From Balanoglossus misakiensis (taxonomy: Eukaryota > Animalia > Hemichordata), in contig CM082593.2 in assembly GCA_040954595.2 (NCBI GenBank), positions 9,495,200 to 9,559,199 on the forward strand: a stretch of DNA of 64,000 nt, read 5' to 3'. The translations under genes and the position numbers were made by a program. Below the pieces are notes generated by a model that saw only the letters and a list, made by a program, of their open reading frames with translations, was not told the origin of the DNA and ran no database searches. This document shows positions 1-11,094 of this stretch, piece by piece (within the stretch, counting starts at the first letter, position 1; each line of letters starts with the position of its first letter).

Positions 1-2111
1 GATAACCACAAAGGCATTATTCAAATAAATTGTATAAATGCAGTTACAAGATTTGATGTCTGAAATTTACTGATATGTGTAGATTTTGTCAGCATTTCCC
101 TTTCTGGGTTACTTTGCGATTAGTTGTTTTGCGTAGTAGAATGGAACAGTGCCCGGTCCGGATTGGTCACATTAATGTTCAGAGAGAAAGTTAATTTGGC
201 AACTGCTCATTGTATGAAAGGTCATAGGGTTAAGATGTCTTATGTCAAAGTCACTTATGAATCCCTTAAAGATAAATGTAACCTATCTTATTGACAGATA
301 AGCCAGCAACAACAGAGAAATGTTATACACCCAAATGCTATCAACGAGGTGAGCTTCTGTCTATCTAGGAAATGGTGCCACACTGCTACTAATAAGGACA
401 AAAAAAGAGTTTTGTTTAGCGCGTAGGAAAATGTCAAAAATTTTAGTTATGGTAAACAACCAACACGCAAACATTTATTTTCTTTTCAATTGTTTGATAA
501 AATTATTATAACTATCCCAAAATTTGCAGCTTGTGTGCCTTTAAAATTCAAATTCCTGTCCAAAGGGTGTCTACCCCTGCTGGTCAACTGTTATATAGGC
601 AATTTACACAAACACGTACCAGTATAGATTCGACCACAGTCCTGTTGGCAAACATGCTCCAATGGTCTTTGCAGACAACCATCATAAATGCATGAAACGC
701 AGCACGCTCATTCAGTCCGATAATAGGTGCTAAAACATAACATTTTGACATCACTAACATTTTTCCCAGTGACCAAATTTTCTCAGTTTGAATCGACTGT
801 TGATTTTGTGGAAACATTAACATGGCCAGTTTTGTCCAGTGGCTGTGATTGAAACCATCTCCAATACCAGAAAAATGCTGATCCAAAACAAACGTTAAGC
901 ACAAATTGTCATTTTGACTCGTATACTCAGAGTTTCGGAAACTTGATCAAGTAATATGACTTCAGAGAGGGGGGGGGGAGCAGTATCCCCTTCCATTTAT
1001 TGGCTGTTTAAACAGATGTGTCAGTTATGTTGAAGCATTCTTCTTGCTTTATGCAGATGCAATTTGCGCCCCCATCCTCTACATACTGTAATCAGTCTCA
1101 GTGTTTGCCTGCTCGAGATTGTCAGTTTTTCATTAAAAGGAAATATTCATTTAAATTAAGCTTTAAATAATCTTATATATGATATTAATTATGTCTATTA
1201 AATGACATTTCATAATATATCAAGATCAACACTTATGTATGACAAAACAGGCCAAAAATGAAGAAAATCTAAAATTCCTGTATTTTTTAAAAAGTGCAAT
1301 TTTGCAATGAAAAATGAAAAAAGCGATTTTAAATTCACCACTATTTTCTTGGGCTGGCCATCTGAAAGGCAGCATGGTTGTCAAAGGATAAATCTTTTAT
1401 GTCAACCGAGCAACATATTTAATATCATGAAGTGTACACAACATTTGCACTGCTGGAACTATCATGACCACAATACTTGTTTACAATACTTGTTTACCAT
1501 GGAGGTCAACTGGACCCCTATAAAAACGGTAGAACCGTTTTAATCCAGCTGACTTTCAAATTGCAAAGTACCGTCACAATCAAATTTGATAAGCCTATTT
1601 ATATGCATTAATTCAAGTTTAAAGGAAAACTCATGAAAAAATGTGCGTTTTGTGTTTACCCCACTGTGTTCACTGATCAGGTTTGCAAAATACATTCAAC
1701 CTTATGTAGTATGGTAATCAAACACTTAAAATGTGATGTCATATAACAAAGGCGTGTTGAAATACCCTGAAAGAAATAAAGTGTCTGTTTTACTTCTTAC
1801 AATATACCATGCCAACAATTCTGCTGATGCAAAATTCAGTTGATGCAACACTTACAGATGTATGCACAGAACATAAAATCAGTATGGGAACCCTCCATTA
1901 AAACTTTTGCACTTTGTACCTGACTTGGCTATTGTCAAGTCGTGTCACTTAATATGTAATATTACCTGTAATCTGTTTGGTTTTGTTATTATTTTGTTAT
2001 TTCATGCGTCCTTGAGCTTGGTGGGTGACACACTTTACACACCTGCTTGTTGCATGCATGGCACTATTTTTTGACTAAAAATGTTCCTTCCAGGCCATTA
2101 AATTACCTATA

Positions 2112-2286
2112 CAGTAAAACTCCAATTATCCATATCCAATTATCCGAACTGTTTGGTTATCCAAACTGCTGTCATGTCCCCCAAACAGTTCTTTTGTATA
2201 GGATCGCTATCCGAATAACCGAACTGTCTGCATATCCGAACAAAATCAATGTCCCCCTGTCAGTTCGGATAATTGGAGTTTTACTG
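2112..2286. mobile_element. 175-bp MITE, Tc1/mariner (pogo/Tigger-like) type
   Basis: Perfect 20-bp TIR CAGTAAAACTCCAATTATCC / GGATAATTGGAGTTTTACTG, flanked by TA at 2110-2111 and 2287-2288. Internal TATCCGAA repeats. Confidence 0.9.
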
Positions 2287-2445
2287 TATTGGGATATATC
2301 TTCATTTTGGCAATTTGTACGATGGGTAAACACTATTTGACGGGCGGAGAAGGCCTGCTTATTGATATGTATTCTATTGCAACCAATCAGTACACATAGT
2401 TAGAGACTGCTCAGCACTCCAGATCTTATATCGAGAGCGGCCACT

Positions 2446-2937
2446 GTTTCGCGAGTATAAATTTTCGCGTTCTCTTATTTCATTCACTGCATCGTTATCT
2501 TCAAAAAAAATTACGTGACACTTTATTTTTACACTATTTTGGCACTTGCGTATTTGGCGAAAATGTATTGCTCGCGAAAAATTAAAGCCGCTTGCACACG
2601 TGCCATTGTTAGGGCGCCCTTTTTGGGATTATAAAATTTGGTAAACATTTCTTATCAGTGACTCAAATACTTTTGCATGCACACGTGTATAAAAGGGACA
2701 GGGTCATCGCCCTCTACGCGCGTCCACAGCAGCGTGACTAAAGGTCACAATGTTCACACGTGATTTGAGTCGCTGTTTAGTGCAGCGCCCCGACCCAGGT
2801 CCCACCCCTCAACACCGTCCCCAAAAAAGCCACTCTCACCTTTTCACACGTGGCACTTACAAATTAACGCCGCCCTAGGGCCGCTGCTGGGGCGGCGTTG
2901 ATGGCACGTGTGAAAGGCACTAAAGTGTTTTACAGTA
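2446..2937. mobile_element. Partial TA-type MITE (CTGTAAAAC... family) interrupted by a younger insertion
   Basis: Removing the 2588-2925 insert restores ...CGCGAAAAATTAAAGTGTTTTACAG-TA, the same terminus type as the MITE at 5157-5364. An inverted AATTTTCGCG motif lies near 2460. The left terminus is eroded. Confidence 0.55.
2587..2920. mobile_element. PIF/Harbinger-like MITE nested in another MITE
   Basis: Imperfect TIRs GCCGCTTGCACACGTGCCAT / ATGGCACGTGTGAAAGGCAC. TAA(AG) direct repeat on both sides. Internal CACACGTG repeats. Confidence 0.65.
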
Positions 2938-3176
2938 TGTACTTTTTAATCCCTTCAAATATTTGAATATGATTAATTCCATGATAAGTGGGACAAGAAA
3001 CCACAGTTGATACCCCAAAAAAATATTGAGAAAATAACCCGAAGTTGGAGTTACTGAGCTTTAAATTGATTTCAATAATCTCCCAAGTGAAAATTGGCTG
3101 AAGCTCCTGTAGTCAGTTACCTGTTGGTAGATTGACACATGACAATGATTGACTGTTTACACTTTTGATCTTTTAG

Positions 3177-3395
3177 AGGAATATTCAAGCACTGCAAGAG
3201 AATCTAGAGATGGCACAGAAAATAAGAACTTGAATTGAAGAATCAGCAAGATCAACATGCACGACAAAATCAACTCATAACACAAAGACAACAACAAAAG
3301 CAATTACAAAGATAGCCCAACAACAACAACAAGCAGTGCAAGCACAGCCATCCAATATAAAATCAACAAATCAACAACGAAGACACCACTTTCAA
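3177..3395 (+). pseudogene. Decayed Gln-rich exon (penultimate exon of a pseudogene)
   Basis: TTTTAG acceptor (AG 3175-3176) and GTAAGT donor (3396), 219 nt. Reads RNIQALQENLEMAQKI / ELELKNQQDQHARQNQLITQRQQQKQLQR* / QQQQAVQAQPSNIKSTNQQRRHHFQ with two compensating frameshifts and a stop. Confidence 0.5.
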
Positions 3396-3884
3396 GTAAG
3401 TTGTCACAATAATGTGAACAGTGAATATTTTGAAAACCAAGACTGATACCCGTGTCACTCCTGGGAATTGTTATGTGGGGAAAAATAAAATCATTTTTCT
3501 CAAAAAAGGAGCTTTCTTGATGTTACAAATAACATGTTCTGTGCCATTCCCGAAATTATCTTAATGTATTTGGGACCTGACAGTCACACAGAATAAATTC
3601 AAAGCACTATTTGCCCAAAGCAGACCTAAATTACAGACAGAGGAATACAACAAATCTTGTCTCATTCTTATTTTCAATTCTTCTAGTTTTTCCATGGTAT
3701 CAGTGTGGAAGCACTGATGATAACCTCCGTCAGACAGTTTTAAATGCAGACAATCGTCTTACTCTTATGCACATATGTGTAATTTTGTGTGTACAAAATA
3801 AGATCAAATCCAAATATCTGCAAATTTTATGTGCATGCATTCAAATGGTGGACTGCCTTCACTTCCTTTCATATTTCTTGCCCA

Positions 3885-3886
<2 letters not shown>

Positions 3887-3945
<59 letters not shown>
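3887..3945. repeat. (AT)n microsatellite, about 29 units
   Basis: Uninterrupted AT dinucleotide run. It explains the IYIYIY ORFs. Confidence 0.98.
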
Positions 3946-3948
<3 letters not shown>

Positions 3949-4583
3949 AAGACTTTCATTTTGTCTCTTCTTTTCACTCAATTTGCTGGGTTTTTTTCCT
4001 AATTTACGACACAGAGTATGGTTGCCGCCATCTTGTCTGTTGTATAGACAGAATTGTGTCATTGATAAAGTTTTTGTAACCAGAATCTCTGCTTTGGCAC
4101 ATGCGCATTAGACGATCATAACCCTTTAACAAAAGTCTGCTTAGAATTTAAATCACATTGTTTTCAAAATGTCTGCATCTGATTACATGGTGAATTAAAG
4201 CTGAAAGCAGTGTTCACTGGGCCCAAGCGATTCCCAGGGTTTCTACAGAATGCCAAGGATTATCTGCTGTGGATACCAGAAATTTTGTCAAAAAGTTTTG
4301 ATCCTAAACTGATTTATGTCCTACAAAATCCAAACTTCTAGATCTATTGGTTAGCCTAGAATTAGGCGTGTACATAATTAATTAGGTCAATGGGGGTCCT
4401 GAAATTAACCATCAAATAGTAGACACGACACGACTATACCCGAAATTACAGTTACTTTATGCCTCCCTAAATTTCAGTCTGATTGACAAATGTGAAGAAC
4501 GTTAAAGAGAGCTGTCTCCTGATACATTGCCGCTTTCTGTGAAGTGACTTTAAAAAGAAAACCATTTTGTTTGCATTCAACAG

Positions 4584-4868
4584 CAACAACAAAAACAACA
4601 AGCTAGCGGTACACAACCAACCATTCCACCACCACCACCACAACAACAACAACCAGCAGCAACACAACAAACATGGCAACAACAACAGCAGTTCTTACAA
4701 CAACAGCAATCACAACAACAACAACAGCTGTTACTAGGACAATAGCCACGGCCGCGACCACAGGTACCTCAGATGGGCTTGGCACCCAGCATGCAACAAA
4801 CACAGCAACAATCAAGTTGTAGTCTGCTGGCTGATGACATGAGTCTTTTTGATATTCTGAATCAATAA
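4584..4868 (+). pseudogene. Decayed Gln/Pro-rich terminal exon
   Basis: CAG acceptor ending at 4583, phase 0 (matching the upstream exon). 95 codons, QQQKQQASGTQPTIPPPPPQQQQ...LLLGQ*PRPRPQVPQMGLAPSMQQTQQQSSCSLLADDMSLFDILNQ*, with one internal TAG at 4743-4745. Confidence 0.55.
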
Positions 4869-5156
4869 ATTCATACAGGAAACTGACTATAATGAACACG
4901 AGACTGTAGACTTTAATTAAACAGATCAAATAACACAGAATGGTTATTCCAGTGTAGTAACAGAATAGACTTGTTCTGTACTAATTCTTGCATTAGCTTT
5001 ACTTTGTTTCCATCGTAATACCTTATTTCAATATGACCATATTTGTATGCGAGACAGATGTAACTGGTTGTCAGTGTCTATCGTAATACAAAGTCTGCCA
5101 TACACAAAGCAACTATGCATTGTCTTCTGGTGTGAAAAAAAGATACTTAGGATGTA

Positions 5157-5364
5157 CTGTAAAACAGGAAATTTTCACGAGCGATAAATTTGCATGAATC
5201 ATGCAAGAGCCAAAATAACCTGAAAACTAAAAAGTCGCAAAAAAAATGTTTTTCTGAAATAATGATGAATTGAAATTCGAGAATGCGAAAATTAATCATT
5301 ACATAACAGTCGCCACTTTTGATATTGCGAAAATTTCCTGTTGGGGAAATTTCATGTTTTACAG
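5157..5364. mobile_element. 208-bp MITE with TA target duplication
   Basis: TIR CTGTAAAACAGGAAATTT / AAATTTCATGTTTTACAG. TA at 5155-5156 and 5365-5366. Confidence 0.8.
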
Positions 5365-5660
5365 TATAACAGTATAGAAAACATTTTCCAATTTACGAAA
5401 AGTAGCCGTTTTTTAAACTTTTTTCAAGGAAATTAGTGTTTTGTTCACAGTACAATATATTTCGATATTTTTCTATGATTATTTTCAAGATGTTTGCGAG
5501 TGTGCAGAAAGAAAAGAATAAACTGTGAAATTTCCATAGAAATAATAAAGGAGCCATCTTTGGGTTGTATGGATTTGAATATTTCATTGAAAAAAACTAA
5601 TAATTAAATTATGAATTCAATTAATAGTACAATTTGCAAAAATTGCTAGTCACTCCAGAA

Positions 5661-6056
5661 GGGTCAGTGTCTGGAAATTTCCGACCTCTGACCCTTGTCA
5701 GTGGTCGGAAATTTCCAGACACTCAGGGAATGTGAGAGCCTGGAAATTTCCAAGCACTGACAAGGGTCAGTGGTCGGAAATTTCCAGACACTCAGGGAAT
5801 GTGAGAGCCTGGAAATTTCCAAGCACTGACAAGGGTCAGTGGTCGGAAATTTCCAGACACTCAGGGAATGTGAGAGCTTAGAAATTTCCAAGCACTGACA
5901 AGGGTCAGTGGTCGGAAATTTCCAGACACTCAGGGAATGTGAGAGCCTAGAAATTTCCAAGCACTGATAGGGTTAGTGGCCGGAAATATCCAGACACTCA
6001 GGGAATGTGAGAGCCTGGAAATTTCCAAGCATTGACAGGGTCAGTGCTTGGAAATC
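5661..6056 (-). repeat. Left 69-bp tandem array (5-6 units)
   Basis: Reverse complement of the 6970-7419 array. It produces the 23-aa periodicity in the ORF track. Confidence 0.95.
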
Positions 6057-6236
6057 TTGAGTTTCTCTGTCATGTTTCAAATTATGGCCTTTAGGAAAGC
6101 TATCTGTTGAGGAACTGCGCCTGTGTTTATATCTTCAACCCTACGGATGAGATTGGTCATTTGACTGCGGTGGCCTCTTCTGCTGTTCTTCTCTCTCTCT
6201 CCATGCCCGACATCCTGGTCTCGGCACCAACAAATG
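6055..6236 (-). mobile_element. BEL/Pao-like LTR retrotransposon fragment (LTR 3' end, PBS, gag N-terminus)
   Basis: Minus strand reads ...GGTACA-TTTGT-TGGTGCCGAGACCAGGAT-G. The ATG at 6213-6211 opens MSGMERE/KNSRRGHRSQMTNLIRRVEDINTGAVPQQIAFLKAII*NMTEKLKI (one slip in a GA run, one TGA). This resembles the RxGHR...T.LI / L.EKL pattern of BEL/Pao gag starts. Confidence 0.65.
6212..6229 (-). other. Primer-binding site, tRNA-His-like
   Basis: TGGTGCCGAGACCAGGAT matches 17/18 to the complement of an invertebrate tRNA-His 3' end as I recall it (TGGTGCCGTGACCAGGAT). It lies 5 nt after a CA dinucleotide. Confidence 0.7.
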
Positions 6237-6509
6237 TACCGCGTACACTTGGGAATAGGTTCGGAATGAAGAGAGAGGGGCGGGATGGCCAATACTTGTT
6301 TATAAACAGTGGTTTGAACTGTGACATTTGGTAACACTGCATAATTCAAGAACAATAGCATTTGGTAGTTGTGAAGTTGTGACTTTGTATACAGAGTAGA
6401 AAGAACAATTATGTCAGATAAACAATACCAATTCCCAATAAACAACTAGTGTATGGGCTAACTCAGAGGAGTTGGTAGGCGAAGCCTGTCATGAACATTG
6501 TGACGCTAA

Positions 6510-6899
6510 GGCTCCTTAGACAAACCTGTTGCGTCTGCGGTCCAGATCCGTACCAGAGCTTTTCGTCGAAATTTGATTTTATCGGGAGAATATCCTTTCC
6601 CTGTCTACTAACCGGTTATAACCGACTCCACGATTGACTTCTTCTAACATCCGAACCGCTCGCTTTCTGAAACTTTTGTGTTTACCCATTGAGATAACCT
6701 CACTGTATTCAATATGGCGATCTCAACAGGTAAACACAAGAGAAAATCAGAAAGCGAGCGGCTCGGAAGTTAATTACATCATATTTGGAGTCATTTGTGG
6801 GTAGACGGGGGAAAGATTCCCCCCGATAAAATCGAATCTCGGCCGAAAAGCTGCTGTCCGGATCCGGATCTCAGACGAATCAGTTTTGTCCATGGAGCC
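6510..6899. mobile_element. ~390-bp diverged palindromic MITE inside the foldback element
   Basis: Termini GGCTCC / GGAGCC. The arms pair along their length (CCGCTCGCTTTCTGA / TCAGAAAGCGAGCGG; GATTTTATCGGG / CCCGATAAAATC). Centre near 6710. Confidence 0.75.
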
Positions 6900-6969
6900 T
6901 TGCAGAGATGTGGTGGAAGCCATGTATTAAACGCCGGGAGAACGCATACCTGTACGGGGGACTACCACG

Positions 6970-7419
6970 ACCCTGTCAGTGCTTGCAAATTTCAAGGCTC
7001 TCACATTCCCTGAGTGTCTGGAAATTTCCGACCACTGACCCTTGTCAGTGCTTGGAAATTTCAAGGCTCTCACATTCCCTGAGTGTCCGGAAATTTCCGA
7101 CCACTGACCCTTGTCAGTGCTTGGAAATTTCTAAGCTCTCACATTCCCTGAGTGTCTGGAAATTTCCGACCACTAACCCTTGTCAGTGCTTGGAAATTTC
7201 CAGGCTCTCACATTCCCTGAGTGTCTGGAAATTTCCGACCACTGACCCTTGTCAGTGCTTGGAAATTTCCAGGCTCTCACATTCCCTGAGTGTCTGGAAA
7301 TTTCCGACCACTGACCCTTGTCAGTGCTTGGAAATTTCCAGGCTCTCACATTCCCTGAGTGTCTGGAAATTTCCGACCACTGACCCTTGTCAGTGCTTGG
7401 AAATTTCCAAGCTCTCACA
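6970..7419 (+). repeat. Right 69-bp tandem array (about 6.5 units)
   Basis: Unit CCCTGAGTGTCTGGAAATTTCCGACCACTGACCCTTGTCAGTGCTTGGAAATTTCCAGGCTCTCACATT, with near-identical copies. Confidence 0.95.
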
Positions 7420-7957
7420 TGCCACTGACTCTTTTCCAAGTATTTCAGCTGCAAAATATGGATTTGTCAATGAGCAGTGCTTATTTCCTAAAATTCATAC
7501 GAAATCCAACGGATTTGTGTGATACGGATATTAATCTAACAATTCTTGTAATAAATATTGGGTTTCAGATTTACTTTTTGATGCTATTGTTTTTTTCTGG
7601 CGAAATTTTACAAACAATTCACACACTTGCAAATTTTCAATAGAAATATTACTCATGATAAACATGGAGACAAAGTTTCATTAGAAAAAAATCAAAAGGA
7701 CTGTCATGTACGTGGCTTTGATGGAGACTCAGTTTTTTCACAGATAAATTTTAATTTGAGTTTAAAGCCAAAATATGACAAAATGCATTTTTCCTGCTGT
7801 ACAGCTGCAGGAAAGAGACTAAGAATACCTTTATGTAATTTTTTCATTAGAAATTGGCAAAGAATAAGGAATATTTTCATAAATTTCTAACTTTTTCAGC
7901 AGTAATTATGTAAAAAAGAGGTTTTTCGGAAATTGGAAAATGTTTTCTATACTGTTA

Positions 7958-8326
7958 GTATATACCCATTTTTTCTGCTTCCAAAACGAACATTTAGAGT
8001 CATGCATGCCACTGGCCCAATAAAACCTGATAGCCCTTGCTGGGAACTGTGATGTAACTAGCATCCCCCTCGAAGTCACGCACATAAACTGATCAATGGT
8101 GATTGTGTGTAAAGATACAGTGAAGGCAAGGCTAATCTAAAGTCAAAATGGTACTCATCCTTAACAACACATGTATCCTTTGACCAATCAATGGAAAAAA
8201 AAGTCAGTGATTGACTTCAAAGTGATATTAATTACATCACAATTCCCAGCAAGGGGTATCGTGCTTTATTGGGGCAGTGGCATGCATAGTTTTTGGAAGC
8301 AAAGCTGACAAAATACAGCTATATAC
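7958..8326. mobile_element. Old MITE with ~100-bp imperfect TIRs
   Basis: ATGCATGCCACTGGCCCAATAAA...CCCTTGCTGGGAACTGTGATGTAA (8002-8058) is inverted at 8231-8287. Termini GTATATA / TATATAC. Confidence 0.75.
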
Positions 8327-9616
8327 TAGACTAATATTTCATTAAAGCCTGATCATTAAACTGAAGAACGTATCTCTAAAATTGCTCTCTATTTCTCCCT
8401 CAGGGAAAAGAGCAATAGACAAAACTTTGAGTGACAGATCTTCCAGTTGTGTACTTATCATTTGTATTACCCAATCACAGACTTTGTGTTATTGGTCATT
8501 TATCTGTCCAATTTTAATACTCTTGTGTTCAGTGGAGCATTACACCAAAGAAGTCACACTATGACAGTGACAATAAAACACTTGCAAAAACATGGATTGC
8601 TCAGGTCAGCCTATCTGGTTACAGATTACCTGTGAACCAACTAATCCAGCTATAATGAATGTGTTTCATTATATACAGAGAATTGTAGGTTGTTTGAGAC
8701 GTGTTAATATCACACTCTAGCATGGGGCAATGTTCACACGTTTATATTTATCATGTGAAAGCCACAAAGTCACCAGCTCTTGATGTTCATTTTTTTTGGA
8801 ATAATTTGTTATGATCTGATTGCTGAAAATTGAATTGAAGCTGAACCTACAGCATATGTGTGGACATAACATGTTTATACTTCCATGTAGTAATTTGTGT
8901 TACAGCCAAACAATTAAATAACACCATTATAACAAAATTAACGAAACTCACCCCAGGGCTATCACTAATTTGAAGGGATGCTGATCCAGAGTTAATGGTT
9001 CATTGGGGAGTCTAACAGTGTTTTGAAATGTCACATTGTAATTTGAAAGTTAGGCTTGGGTAGTGACAATGTTATTACATTGTTGTGTACAAAATTTGAA
9101 TGGAGCTCTATGAAAAGAGAAAAGTGGTGTGTGGAAAAAATCAGTCTCTGTGCTAATATCCAGTGCCTTCATTCGACTCTCAAGGAAAGTTTGGTAAAAC
9201 AATGAACTTTTTGTGTGTCAGCATTATTGGGAAAGATTAAGCCCACACATGTATTCAATTTAGATAAAAATGGAAAATTACCATCAGCCTTTTTTCTTAG
9301 CACTCTCACCTTTCACCCAATTCCCTGTGTAGACATCCAACTTTCCAGCAGGAAACAATGGATTTGGACCAAACCATTCGTTCACTTGAATATATATGTA
9401 ATATCTGTATGTATGTAACACCTGTATTCTTTGCAGTCATCATTTAATCATTTATGCATGAGAACACCTTTCTAGTAATGATAGAACTTACAGTCTATTT
9501 GATGATCTCAATTATATGCAAACCACCAGGATGTTTCATTTGACTAATGAACTCAAGGTAATGCGCCACCATAGTGTAGATTGCTGATATAAAAGGACAC
9601 CATGCATATACTTAGT

Positions 9617-9935
9617 CAGTTCACCTCTGTATCCAGACCGGCCACATGTATGAACTGAAGATGTCTATGTTCAATTTCAGGTTAGTTTTCCTTGTACTTT
9701 ACCTGTAGCTTGAAGCATTTTTATATAGGTGCATTCTACTGGCTCATTTTAGCACAAGTAATTGGTGTCTGAACTTGCGTCAAGTCTTCAATTGTACTTC
9801 TGTATTTTTCACTTGCATGAATTTTTGTGTATTCTGCTGTAGGTGAACTCCCATACATGTGCGTAATTTAGCAGTTCACCTGTGTAGCCAGACCGGCCAC
9901 ACATATGAACTGATGATGTCCCTGTTCAATTTCAG
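9617..9935 (+). repeat. Local duplication of a ~64-bp segment (offset 255 bp)
   Basis: CAGTTCACCT..GTA.CCAGACCGGCCACA..TATGAACTGA.GATGTC..TGTTCAATTTCAG at 9617-9680 and 9872-9935. Confidence 0.8.
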
Positions 9936-11094
9936 TTAAGAAATGTTATAGGCCTATGTCTTGTGAAACCTTTAAACCATGTTGGTGTGTTTTGTGGTGA
10001 ACGGCGACACCCGTGACAAGTATGTTAGAATCAAACTATTAGATGCATGTGAAGAAATATAGTCTGTTATAAGGAAGTGACTGGAGTGAAGGAGACCTCG
10101 TACGACGAACAGTACTTTAATAGACTCGAAATGCAATCAAATTACAATCGAGATATAATGCATTTATATATGCTTAAAAAGGTAAATTAATGAATGGTGT
10201 CAACAAAATAAACGTTCATGATACATTTAGATCATTTTCTCGTCCAGCTAGGGGGTTCAACGTCAAAAGGAAAGTTCACTATTCAAATGCAAATAAAGTC
10301 ATTAAAGAGTCCTAATCTCTTCTATCCAGTGACCATAGTAGCCAAACAATTAAAATCACATGTTTTTAATATCAATATTCACATACATTGCTTTTTACTT
10401 TTCTTGAATTTCCTAACATTTTTTTATTTTAACAAAAACAAGAGCCTTTCATGACCACTTATTGACTTTCGAAAATATTTCATGTAATCAGCCATTCATT
10501 TTATGTGTGTGTGAAGAATGACCCTCTGAGGCTGTTGAATCATGTATAGTGCTGAAGGGGAGGGGGGGACACCATTCCTCAATTTTGTTGATTTTGCATA
10601 AGATGCTAAGTTGGTATTTTCCACACATTGCTTTTTGTACTGAGAATTACTCAGTTCTTAAGAAGAGCTTTTGACTAACATTTCATTGTATTTACAAGAC
10701 TGCCAGAGTATGTAAATAGTATATGCAGCATTAGGAAGGAATATCTTTGATATTTTTATTCCAACAATTTTCCTATCATGATAAATAAGTAGACAGATAT
10801 ATCATGTTAGGATTTTTGCATACTTAAAATAAATATTCTGATAAAATGAGTGCTTTTGTCTGTCTCTTTGATTTCAGGTGAGGATCAGTATTTGTTGTTG
10901 CTTTTCCTGCACAGATTCCAATCAGAAGGCAATTGTGATTACCAGTATGTTCTGTCTGATTGAAGTTTGAGTTTTCTTAGGACCTGAATATCGCTCTAAC
11001 AAATGGTTTGCTTTCAGATGTGGAGTTAAGCGCTGGTGATAGTTTTGGCTATTCTGTTCTCTCACTTTGGCTGTTCTGTTCTCTGTTTTTGTCT

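Larger units (their letters stand above)
5368..7956. mobile_element. 2.6-kb non-autonomous foldback-like DNA element
   Basis: ~35-bp TIR (T)AACAGTATAGAAAACATTTTCCAATTT[A/C]CGAAAA with one mismatch. Direct repeat AGTAT at 5363-5367 and 7957-7961. Two inverted internal 69-bp tandem arrays. Confidence 0.85.

Noticed and set aside
1-544. Kolobok-like MITE ending ...GTGTGCCT-TTAA (a similar end, ...ATAACCCT-TTAA, lies at 4125-4129)
   Set aside because: Only one terminus is visible in each case and no matching TIR was found, so neither is called.
4467-4929. Hydrophobic poly-Val/Leu/Trp ORFs resembling membrane proteins
   Set aside because: Antisense translations of the CAA/CCA-rich exon on the plus strand.
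6908-7522. 204-aa Cys-containing repeat protein (WKFPTTDPCQCLEISRLSHSLSV)n
   Set aside because: A by-product of the 69-bp unit (divisible by 3). It is open in several frames and strands and mirrored in the inverted array.
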